The position numbers and the translations under genes were made by a program. The notes beneath the pieces were generated by a model that was not told the origin of the DNA, searched no databases, and saw only the letters and a list, made by a program, of their open reading frames with translations. DNA of 64,000 bases, from contig NC_043014.1 of NCBI RefSeq assembly GCF_006345805.1, forward strand, positions 992,001 to 1,056,000. Reading direction: 5' to 3'. Source of the DNA: Octopus sinensis. Its lineage: Eukaryota. Below, in pieces: positions 53,031 to 64,000 of the stretch (position 1 is the stretch's first letter; each line of letters starts with the position of its first letter).

Positions 53031-54364
53031 AAAGAGAGAAAAAAAAGAGAAAGAGAATATGAAGTAAATGGTGGAACTTAAGAGTAAATAAAGCTGTAAA
53101 TAAGAGAAAGTTAAAATCTCTGGGTTTAAAAACCATTGGACGGAAAATAGTCAAAACCTCATCCAACATTTTTGTATCCAATGTTTTTTTTTAAGCCCTA
53201 TACTCTACTCAGTTATTTATAGCTCCATCTACTTCAAGTTACCCCAGTAAAAATGACTTGCTATATATATATATTATGGAGATGTACTTGCATAGTAAGT
53301 GACCTGATCTGAGATCGTGTGCTGGAATGAAAACAACTGTAGCATGGAAGGTATTTATAACCCATTTAAAAGCACACAAAAACCATTAGATTCACTTCAA
53401 CATTTAAATTTAATTTGCCAAAATATTTTCGTTGCTTTGAGACCGCGACCTGTTCCCTGAGAAAATTCTGTGCAGCATGGAATTTAGTCAGTGAACCGTG
53501 TCAAGCGAAGATTCCATATGCTGAGGCAGGAGAGAGAGACAGGTTAAACATATGTAACAGGGGGATAAAAGTTATGATCGTCAATGATAGTTGTTGTGGT
53601 TCATAATATCTAAAAAGGGAGGAGAAATCCAGTTCGATTGGGTATTCCTTAGGTAAATCCATGATCAAAGAGAATGGTTAGATAATAATCCATTATCCCC
53701 GCTCACCATGGATTATATCGCTAAATTAAATCTTTGCCAAGTCTTCTTTTCTGAGACATTGGAACAATGATGGAACATGGGTATGTTAGCAACCATTCCA
53801 ATAGAAATCTGGGGAATGTTTCACCAGGAGTACAAGGAAATATCACGAAATACAGTCACAAGACAGTAATAAACTCTCATAGAAGTGAACAGTCGTCCGT
53901 CACAGTAAACTGACCAACTTGTGAATACAAAAGGTGTCCCTTTTTTTTATTATTATTTGCTGGACTGTTCTAGTCCTTTCTATGAATTTGGGTCTGAGCA
54001 GTTCTCTCCTTAAACAAATGCTGCACAAAGCAGGGGATTCCATCCAATTCTTTTAATTGTTGAGATTGAAGAAAACACACCCATCACTGAAGGGCTTTGA
54101 AAGACCAGAATGGAAAATGTTTTGTTTGTTATTTCTCATAAAATACTGTGATGTCAGGCTGTGAAATATTTAATGGCACACGGGTATACGGTATATTCAG
54201 CCACTTACAATAAAACTTAACGAATAGGCAGTTTATCGTTTACTTCACACACGCGCGCGAATAAGGTCGTGTGTGTGTGTGTGTGTGTGTCCGTGTGTCC
54301 ACCTCCTCAGGTATTTCATAAGGGAATTGTGCCAAAGCGAATTAGGTTTAAACCGGTATTGGCA

Positions 54365-54624
54365 ATCTTTCGTCTCTAGTAGACCTTTCCGTCGATTTCC
54401 GTAAAAAATTTTTTTTTTTTTACATATGGGCTTGCGGGAACTTTTGAAGTAATGAGAGCGAAAGAGACTAAGAGAAAGCGATTGTATGACGAGGGAAGTT
54501 CTTTTGAAGTTACCGTGCATGGGAGCATTGATGTACATGTGGGTGTGTGTGTGTGTTTGATGGGGTGTGGGAGACAGACAGTATGTTGTGTAATCGACGG
54601 AAAGGTCTACTAGAGACGAAAGAT
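54365..54624. mobile_element. MITE-like element with 33-bp perfect terminal inverted repeats
   Basis: atctttcgtctctagtagacctttccgtcgatt (54365-54397) and its exact reverse complement (54592-54624); no TSD identified. Confidence 0.5.
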
Positions 54625-57600
54625 CGCCCCAGTATTGATACTGTCCTGAGATTTTGTACAAGGACGTCTTATCTCTGCATCTCTGATGTCTCCCAAGTTC
54701 TGTGAATCAACCTAACTCTAAACAATATTTATTTGAAACTAAACACGAGGGATATTTCTATACGGCAGAGGTTGCGATCATAGTTGAGTCATATCCAGTG
54801 AGTAGTGGCTAGACCTGTAACCCACCCGGGTAGGCCCCGGGGTCACCACTGAATCTCTAGTTTTACTGCAATGGCTCAAGGCGGTGTTATTGTTTAGCCC
54901 TAGATCGGTTTTGATTGCGCAAGTCTATGGTGAAAGGAATTTCAGTTGTGGCCCCTACATACCTGTTATTTTAGCAGTGTATATACAACAACATTCGCCA
55001 GTATATAATTTGCGTTTAAGACAGTAATGAGTGGTTTGGGGGGGCTGTCTGGCTGTTATTTCTTTCAGATCGAGCGATCGAACAAAGACTCCTGTCCCGT
55101 TAAGAGGTAGAATACACAACAATCATTTGCGCCTCCTATTATTGTCCCTTCCAGGGCCCCAACAGCAATAGGACACCATCTGATTGTTTCCTCCACAACT
55201 CGTAGCGAGATAAACTACTCCACGTGGTTTCCAACTTCGAGGGAGACGGACCCAGCTTTTAAGATTCAAGGATAACACAACCACACAATGTACAGACTAG
55301 GGACACTTCGCTCAGACTGTGTTGGCCCATTACCTATCTCGGTATATAACTGGTGCCTGTTTTACAGTGGACCCGTGGCCTAAAACAACTAATTCGACAA
55401 CTGCGCCGTGGTTTGAACCTATGGAGAACACAGGAGATCGATCGTAAATATAAAACAGTTATCAGCCTGGCCCACCACTTCTTGTAACAGAGAACCTTCA
55501 CATTTAAATAAAATTTATATATAAATATATATAAACAAAGCAAAGCTAATTACCTGCGAAACTTTCTAGTTCGAATTATAATTGTCAGTTTGAGTGTAGA
55601 GAGTCCGAAATGCGAAGGAGATAACTCTAACTCCAAGAAGAAGCTTTTAGAAATTATTTCCTATTTAATAATCTTTCATTTAGTTGTTCAAACTTCGTAA
55701 TTCGTGTGAGTCGTTCTCATACACACACTCACATATACAATACATACATATGTCATAATAGTCATGCTTGATTAAAGCACATCACATTTCTAGCTGTTAA
55801 TATTTCAATGTGGCTGGTCCAATGTGAAATAAGATAACCACACAGAACAATCTGTTAATAGTTGAAGAACTGCCAAAGTTAAGATAGTTTGAGGCGCGAA
55901 TGAATTTATTAGGATCTTCTCAAGCTACAGTGGTTAAAAACTCCTTCGGGAACAATGGGAATATTTTAACAATGTTCCTGCCTTAATGCATCCTTTTACT
56001 CTATACTATAATAATACTTATATAATTGGTTCGTGGTCTGAAGTTCCGCTTACTTTCCTTCCTTATAATAACTGTATTTTACACTAATATATATATATAT
56101 ATATATTTACTACGATCTGACGTTATGTAAATCTTCGATCCTAAAGATGAAAGTAAAACTAATGCAAGAATGGAATCGAATTTAGGAAGAAGGAACGGCT
56201 GATAAGGTCGTTCTTATTTTAACAGCGACATTCCGATTTAGAACTTAATTTCTAACTACTTGATAGACTTCATTAGCCTTATGTTCTATAATTTAATTGA
56301 CATGAAGTGTTGAGTTATAATTGGAGAAATGAGGAGTGAAGTCGTTTAAGGAAGGACCTCGTCTTTCTTTTATTGTAATTGAAACTTATGTGAATCAGTC
56401 CGAAATAGAAACTGAAGCAAGACTTGAGATTCAGTTCGCCGAGACCTTATCCCCAAACCCCCACCCTTAATTACAGGGACCAATTACCTATTTTTATACA
56501 ACCTATCGAATCCTATTCCAAATTTATTTCAAGGAACAAAGCCGACCCCAGCTGGCTTTTTAAAGCAGAAATGTCTTATTACATAAGTAGAAATATGCAA
56601 ACTACTGAATAACTAGAATGATTGTCTATTCTGTGAATTATGCAGTGGATCTCCTTATTGACTGCAACTTCGACATCGATCTCTGATCGTCTTTAAATTA
56701 TAATTATTTAATTAATTCCAATCACACGTCTTCGACACAGACGGTGAACAGCGAGATTTGTCCCCTGTTTAAATTTGTGTCTGGGTTTCGATAATTAGAA
56801 AATGAAAAACTAAATTCGTTGTTCACGAAATTGAAATTATAGCAATAATTAGAAAAATGAACTGCTTTCGTTTTTGAAAAAAAATCCGATGAACAAAATA
56901 TCAAACCTTACACAATCATTTGGAATATTTAGTCTGTGCCCGTGTTGTGACCTCCAGAGGTCACAGCCAAGAGTTAATTACCGGCGAGTGTTTGGAAATT
57001 CTCAGGAAATAATTTGGCGAAAGTTTAATTTTTGTAAACGTCTTGATGGTAATTATTTGAATTGGAAATTCAAATGTTTTTCTAGATTAATTAGCTGTAA
57101 AGTATCACAATTATTTTTGTTTTAGTCGAAGGACATTTAACAAACCCAGCAACATTCTTTTTCCGCGATCTTTCAACTCAAATCACTTCACATTTGCAAA
57201 GAAGATTATATTATTTAGTAAATGTCACAGAAATATATACTTCATGTGTTACGCACATATATATGCATTAAATAGTTCATACTCGGGTTCGATCACAAAT
57301 ACACACCTTTATTAGACATACACACATAATTAGGAGTTTGTTTTAATTACTAAAAGTTTCCATGTTTTAGTGTGTTTTTGTTAAAATATATAAATGTAAT
57401 CTTTTGATCGTTGTTCAAATCAAACTAACGGGTTCTATCGTTCATCTCGAGGGGAAAATGTTTATAAAATCGTTTATATAATAATATTTAGTTTGATTAA
57501 TTATACAACTTCGTATAAAGTTGGTTTTGTAGTTAGTCAGAAGGGCATTCAGTGGTATAAAGTTACATGGGTACGTACTGACTTGTTTGTGTGCATATTT

Positions 57601-57665
57601 ATATAGAGACACATTGATTATTATTATTTTATTTTTAATATTTCCATCAACCAGAAGTGACCAAC

Positions 57666-57770
57666 ATGATTGTGGGAAGACACTGTATAAATCCGGTCCT
57701 GTTCCGTAAATGGTTCTGCTGGAAACCATGGAGCAAATACCGAAGTTTGTTCAGCAAAACTGGAATATGG
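57666..57770 (+). CDS. LARS2: Mitochondrial leucyl-tRNA synthetase, coding exon 1 (transit-peptide-like)
   Basis: Acceptor ccAG at 57653-57654; ATG at 57666; MIVGRHCINPVLFRKWFCWKPWSKYRSLFSKTGIW (basic, no acidic residues; RSLFSKTGIW resembles human RSIYSATGKW as recalled); donor TGG|GTAAAT. Confidence 0.8.
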
Positions 57771-58544
57771 GTAAATGTTTATTAAGCTATTATATATTTT
57801 CTGTTCTATTGTATACGTATATCATACACACACACACGTATACATTTGACATATGTATATACATGAAACATCCTCTTCTATCCCCTCTGTACCACTTGTA
57901 TTTTCCCCACTGTACCTTGTGGGTATGTCCAGGTGCACCTCCAACACCATCTTTCTCCTTTCCTTTCTGCTAACGTAGCCAAGAATCGCCTTGAAAGTAA
58001 AACCCCTTATCTCCATCCCTCGATTGTACTTTACCCTTGCAATCAGCTCAAAGCCACTCCCTTTCCCAACCAAGGGTCTTTGCCTTGTAAGTTACTTGGC
58101 AATCATAAACCACACCCAGTTCACTCTGTAAAGGGGCTGGCATTAGGAAGGGCATCCAATCACAGGAACCAGATGCAGCTCTCTGCTTTGCCATCTCCTC
58201 TCAATCCATGACAACATGGAAGACGGATGACATTAAATGATAACGATGTATGTATGTGTGTATATATATATATATATAAAAGCAGTGATATCTCACAATG
58301 TGAGTTTAATTCATTCCATGACCGAGCTTGTCTTATGATTTATTTGTTTTACAAATCAATTTTTCTCATTGAAATTAACTAAAATATAATTAATCTGTTC
58401 CAGCCCCCAAAAAACCACCCCAAAATAATTTTTTATGGGTTTTAAAACAGAAAAAAATGTAGCTACAATTAAAATGACAATTATATAAAAGAGAAGGCAA
58501 AGGAAATATGTAAATTGGTTTTATTAACTGAATTGCTTTAAAGA

Positions 58545-59708
58545 TGGCAGCAGAGTGATTAAATAAAGCAGCTACACGACCTGTAGCTACTTTTGCAGGT
58601 AATTTTCTAGAAATTCAGAAACATACGGCCACCAACACTGCCTTTGTTACTCGTAGAGATAGCATTCTCTACTGCACTGCCTTCCTCTTCTGCCTCATCC
58701 AAATGCTGCTGCTCCTGAAGCTGCAGGAGTTCATCTGTCATCATTTCCCCTGACTGTTCCTAAATGAGATCGTTAATGTCCCCATCATTAACCTCGAGAC
58801 CCATGGATTTGCCTAGAGATGCTATCTCCTCGACTACAGGTGTCTCAGACTCAAACCCTTCAAAGTCTCTTTTGGATAGGCAGTCAGGCCACAGTTTCCT
58901 CCATGCAGAATTCAGCGTTCTCCTTGTTACACCTTGTCAGGCCATATAGATGATTTTCAGGCAGTTTACAATGTTCTGGTGACCCTTCCAATATTCACGA
59001 ATATTCACAGCGCTTCAAAGCCCTGACAAAACAGTTGTTTGATGTACAATTTCTTAGAGTTACAAACCACCCATTGGTCCATGGGCTGCAAGATAAGGGT
59101 GGTGTTGCATGAAAGGTACAGAACTTTTATAAATCTAAATTCGTCCAGGGTATCATCTTCGAGGTTAGGAGGGTGAGCAGGAGCATTGTTGAGGATGAGG
59201 AGGGCCTTGAGAGGAAGAGTGTTATCCAGAAGGTACTTTTTCACTGCTGGTCCAAAGACAACGTTGACTCATTTGGAGAAGAATTGCTTGGTGACCCAGG
59301 CTTTAACGTTTGTCCTCCACATAACCTGCAGCTTCTCATTCAGGATTTTGTGCAACTTGGAACACTCATGGATTTTCGGAATGGTAGATAAGCAGTGGCT
59401 TAATTTCCACTTGCATTGGCACTAAGGGCAAGAGTTAGCCTATCTTTCCTAGGCTTGTGGCCTGGCATTTTCTTCTCCTCTGCAGTTATGTGGGTTCCTC
59501 TGGGCATTTTCTTCCAGAAAAGGCCCAGTTTCATCACAGTTGAATTTCTGTTGTGTGATATACCCTTTGGCTGCAATGAGCTGACAGAATTCACAAACGA
59601 AATCTTCAGCTGTGTTCGTGTTTGACATACCACTACTTCTCTATACTTGATGGTGCTATGAACACCATTCCTCTTCTTGGAATTATTAAACCAGCCATGA
59701 CTGGCCTT
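58545..59708 (-). mobile_element. Tigger/pogo (DDE_1) transposase relic, frameshifted
   Basis: KASHGWF, GLFWKKMPRGTHITAEEKKMPGHKPRKDRLTL..NASG, KKYLLDNTLPLKALLILNNAPAHPPNL, LQPMDQ motifs; multiple frame breaks. Confidence 0.88.
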
Positions 59709-59979
59709 AATATTCCTCACACTTTCCGTTGCGTTGTTGCTTTTATTGAACTCATAAAGCAAAATATGCAGAATATGCTCCTTTGTCACTTCCATTATAG
59801 CTTTGAAAAAATAACTGTTAAAATTGAACTGCACTCTTCAAAAGTTGCACTAAGAATAAGGACAAGGTAAAATCACTGCCTGCTTTTATAGAAAGTTGAT
59901 GCAGGTAGTTTATCCCATCCCCCTCCGACTTTTAGTTCATGCAATTGAAAAAAACAGGATTATTTATGGGATGACCCAA
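59709..59979 (-). mobile_element. Mariner 5' fragment (TIR plus N-terminal HTH start)
   Basis: TA-TTGGGTCATCCCATAAATAA TIR-like end at 59979; ATG at 59795, MEVTKEHILHILLYEFNKSNNATESVRNI. Confidence 0.75.
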
Positions 59980-60006
59980 TATATATATATATATTCATAT
60001 TTATAC

Positions 60007-60041
<35 letters not shown>

Positions 60042-60090
60042 AAGTGAAATAGAGGCATTTCTAAAATCTGATATTTTTTACTGTTTTCAG

Positions 60091-60177
60091 GAAAATACTT
60101 TCAAAGCTGAAAAACGAAAAGAAATTGAAGAATATTGGAAACCTAAAATTCAGGAACTTGATCAAATCGGTGCAACG
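60091..60177 (+). CDS. LARS2: LARS2 coding exon 2
   Basis: ttttcAG|ENTFKAEKRKEIEEYWKPKIQELDQIGAT|GTAAGT; 87 nt, phase 0-0. Confidence 0.88.
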
Positions 60178-60502
60178 GTAAGTAAAATGCCATGAGGGGT
60201 TGGGAGTGAAGAGATTTCGTTTGTCTTTTGGGGTTAAGGGTTTGGTGTGCAGTGCCATTCTTCTGTTTGCTCTTTGGTAATAGATGTGCTGTAGAAGCTG
60301 CTTATTGTTATCGAAATTAAAATCAAACATCTCCACACACCCGTGGCCGCATTGTCCCAAACTCTTTATTCAAAATGGACAAAAACTTAATCACTTATTA
60401 GCATCAGTGGCCCAAATATTGCTTTACCCTTTGCTTAATGTTATCAACCATTTATTGTTATTGAAAAATCTTCCTACCAGAGTGATCGCAAGTGATAAAA
60501 AA

Positions 60503-60618
60503 ATATCCATTAACCCTTTATCATTAACCCTTTAATATCCATTAACCCTTTATCATTAACCCTTTAATATCCATTAACCCTTTATCATTAACCCTTTAAT
60601 ATCCATTAACCCTTTATC
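60503..60618. repeat. 32-bp tandem repeat, about 3.6 copies
   Basis: atatccattaaccctttatcattaacccttta repeated, in LARS2 coding intron 2. Confidence 0.9.
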
Positions 60619-60748
60619 ACTCAGATTTCTCCATCAAACGTAAAGCTTATTTATTCATGTTGCTTTTTAATTAATCGTTCGTTATCTTGTGGTTTCAAGA
60701 TTTTGATGAGACGATTGTTTATATCTAGAATGTCATTGTAGGGTATAA

Positions 60749-60952
<204 letters not shown>

Positions 60953-62146
60953 TGATAGAGTAATTTTGGACTCATTAATCACACAAATCTGGCTCAGCAC
61001 CATTGAGTAGGACTAAACATCTTCCATGGAGACGAGTCGTCGACCTTGTAGGGACGGTTTTGTTTATACCTGTCATTAGCCCTTACCTGCTTCTAAGCAA
61101 GATAATATTCCTCCATGGCCAAACACGCTTCCAAAAAATATTGGAAACGAATGGAACTGCTTGTATGACAGTGACACTCATTCACAACTGTCACAAGATA
61201 TCAGGACAATTAGTTTATAAAGAGTACATCGTCAAAATAAATAGAAAATTACTATTTTTAAATCTCATAATGAGAGATATTCAGCAACAGTACTTTGGAG
61301 TAAAGATTTTTGCCAATATAACATGGCAGTCCTGGTTTAGGATGAAGGTTGCTGTAATTTATCCCCAGGAGACATCATCTCCAGCTGGCTATATGACATG
61401 ATCTGATTCCTTATATTTTCAAATAAGGGAATCTAGCAATCCCACTCAGCTCAAAACACAGATCGTGTCGTACAGCCAGCTGGAGACGATGTCTCCTGGG
61501 GTTGAATTACAGCAACATTCGTCCTAAACCAGGACTGCCATGTTATGTTGATCAAAAAAATACTCTGAATATTTTAGAAGAGTGCCAAAGGATTGTTGTA
61601 TAAATTCTTGCCTTACATTTTTCACAATGGATCAACGTAAGCATGGTTGCTTACTCTGCTAAAAACAGTAGCTAAATCTTCCACAAATAAATCACTTCTG
61701 CATTGAAGTGATAATATCATTGAAGATACACTATATTCTCTATATCATTGATTGACTCTATCTAAAAACAAGATGGCCATGTCTGGATTGCCTTTGATCA
61801 TAGCTCTATTCAAACTAGGGTTAAGCAATAATTTTCCATTTATATCTCCCTCAGAAATCTTTCAAACTTAATCTTGCAATAGTAAGATTTGAACCTATTA
61901 TCTTGAGGTTAAGAGGTTAAGGTGCTGGACACCTGACCACATGGATTGTAAGTTCAAATCTTACTGAAGCCACTTTAGTAGATTTCAGAACAAGGTACAT
62001 AACTCTGTCTGTTGCCCGGCTTACAACAGGATTTCCCCTCCTGCTTCCCATTCTAGGGGTTTCATTCCAGGAAGGGCACCAACCTTTCGAAATGGTAAAC
62101 CCATATCTGGAGTAAAGATAAGCGTTTACCGATGCTGGGACATTGA

Positions 62147-62305
<159 letters not shown>

Positions 62306-63472
62306 TAGGTACCAGATTCATTTCTATAGCTGTAGACATAGTACATAATTAAAGGTACCAGATTCACAGGTATGGCTACATGTACACACACACACACACT
62401 GGCATGGCTACCTGGTTGAGAAGTCACTTTGCAACCACATGGTTCTGGGTTCAGTCCCACTGCATGGCACCTTAGGCAGGTTTCTTCCACTATAGCGCTG
62501 GACCAACCAAAGCCTTGTGAGTGGATTTGGTTGATGGAAACTGAAAGAAGCCCATCACACACACACATCACTCTCTCTCTTTATATATATTATAAAAAGC
62601 AAAGTTTGTATGTTGACCACTGAAAACAGTAAATAAAATTCATAATATTTCATATACATACATATATATATATGTGGAGGCACAATGGCCCAGTGGTTAA
62701 GGGCAGTGGACTCGCAGTCGTAGGATCTCGGGCGTTGTGGGTGTTTATTGAGCGAAAACACCTAAAATCTCCGCGAGGCTCTTGTAGGGGGTGGTGGCGA
62801 ACCCTGCTGTACTCCTTCGCCACAACTTTCTCTCACTCTTTCTTCTGTTGGCCTGCTCGCTTAGCCAGTGGGGTGGCGTCATTTGAAGGCTAAGCAAAGC
62901 GCATTGCGACCAACGATGTGTAGCAACATCTGATAGCCTGGTCGGTCATGGTGACATATATATACATACACACACACACACACACACACGAATATAGACA
63001 CATTGTTTAGCTCATCTTTACAGTCTGTTGCTTGGGTGTTGTTATGGCAACAGATACTCGTTTCTTTGTCCATATTCACAAACCATTAACAATATGCTTG
63101 GAATCATCTTTGCCAACCGTCTTCTCGAGATTCTGCCCGGAACTCTTTGACTCCTGCAAATGTCATCACCTCTCCCTCTCTCTCTCTCTCCTTACTTCTC
63201 TAACTTTGGTGTCAAAACAATCCTCATTCAAACTCTACAACTCTTTCTAATCATGTATCTTTCTATTAAGGAGAACTCATTTACCTAAACACTTCATCTC
63301 TTTGTAATTATATTTACTCCTGTAACAACGACACTCCCTCCATGACACACCTCACTGTTGCTTTATGTCATCATCTTTATCTCTCCCCATCACCCCTTGC
63401 TCACCTCCTCCTCCTCCTTCCTCTGTTTCTCATTTATTTACCTTTTTATTTTTTCTTACTCTCTATTCTCAG

Positions 63473-63533
63473 TAACATCAAGTCTATGAAGAAACAAATT
63501 GAAGATTTGTGCTGCAGCTTCGACTGGGACAGG
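63473..63533 (+). CDS. LARS2: LARS2 coding exon 5 (gene continues beyond the window)
   Basis: ttctcAG|(S)NIKSMKKQIEDLCCSFDWDR|GTAGGT; 61 nt restores phase 0. Confidence 0.93.
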
Positions 63534-64000
63534 GTAGGTCTCTCTCCAGCTTGGAGATGCACGTACATACATACACACATATGCATGCATGCATACATAC
63601 ATACATACATACAAACATACATACACACATACATACATACATACATACATACATACATACACACACATGCATACATACATACATACATGCATGCATGCAT
63701 GCATGCATACATACATACATACATACACACACATGCATACATACATACATACATACACACACATACATACATACATACATACATACATACATACATACAT
63801 ACATTCACATACATACATACATACACATGCACACTCACACACATACATACACACACACATACATACATATATGCATGCTTGTTGGCATGTATGTATGTAT
63901 AATTTAAAGAGAAATGAGCTAAGAGAAGAGTTGGGGTGGCATGTATTTGAATGACGTAAATAAATACGGGTGTATCAGATTTCAGAAACAAATGTGTGAC

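Noticed and set aside
60503-60618. Interstitial telomeric repeat (TAACCC)
   Set aside because: The hexamers are isolated within a 32-bp unit, not tandem (TTAGGG)n.

Overview
Eukaryotic, AT-rich, microsatellite- and SINE-dense genomic DNA. The repeat families look cephalopod (Octopus-like); this is my inference, not a database result. Three spliced protein-coding genes can be reconstructed by hand with consistent intron phases. (1) A + strand GH31 MYORG/KIAA1161-like type II membrane protein: CDS 15435-15902 joined to 28100-30133, about 833 aa, in which both catalytic Asp residues appear to be lost. (2) A complete - strand OSGEP/Kae1 gene: 12 coding exons, 52577 to 42074, 335 aa, with an AT-AC minor-spliceosome (U12) intron splitting the codon of a metal-binding His. 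(3) The first five coding exons of mitochondrial leucyl-tRNA synthetase LARS2 on the + strand (57666 onward, continuing past the window), head-to-head with OSGEP. Non-coding highlights are type-I minimal hammerhead ribozyme motifs, two of which sit in near-perfect foldback palindromes with the apex just 5' of the ribozyme, plus further long inverted repeats. Also present are mariner, Tigger/pogo, Tx1-like LINE and Helitron-like relics, and many tRNA-derived SINEs. Most long ORFs in the supplied track are microsatellite artefacts.
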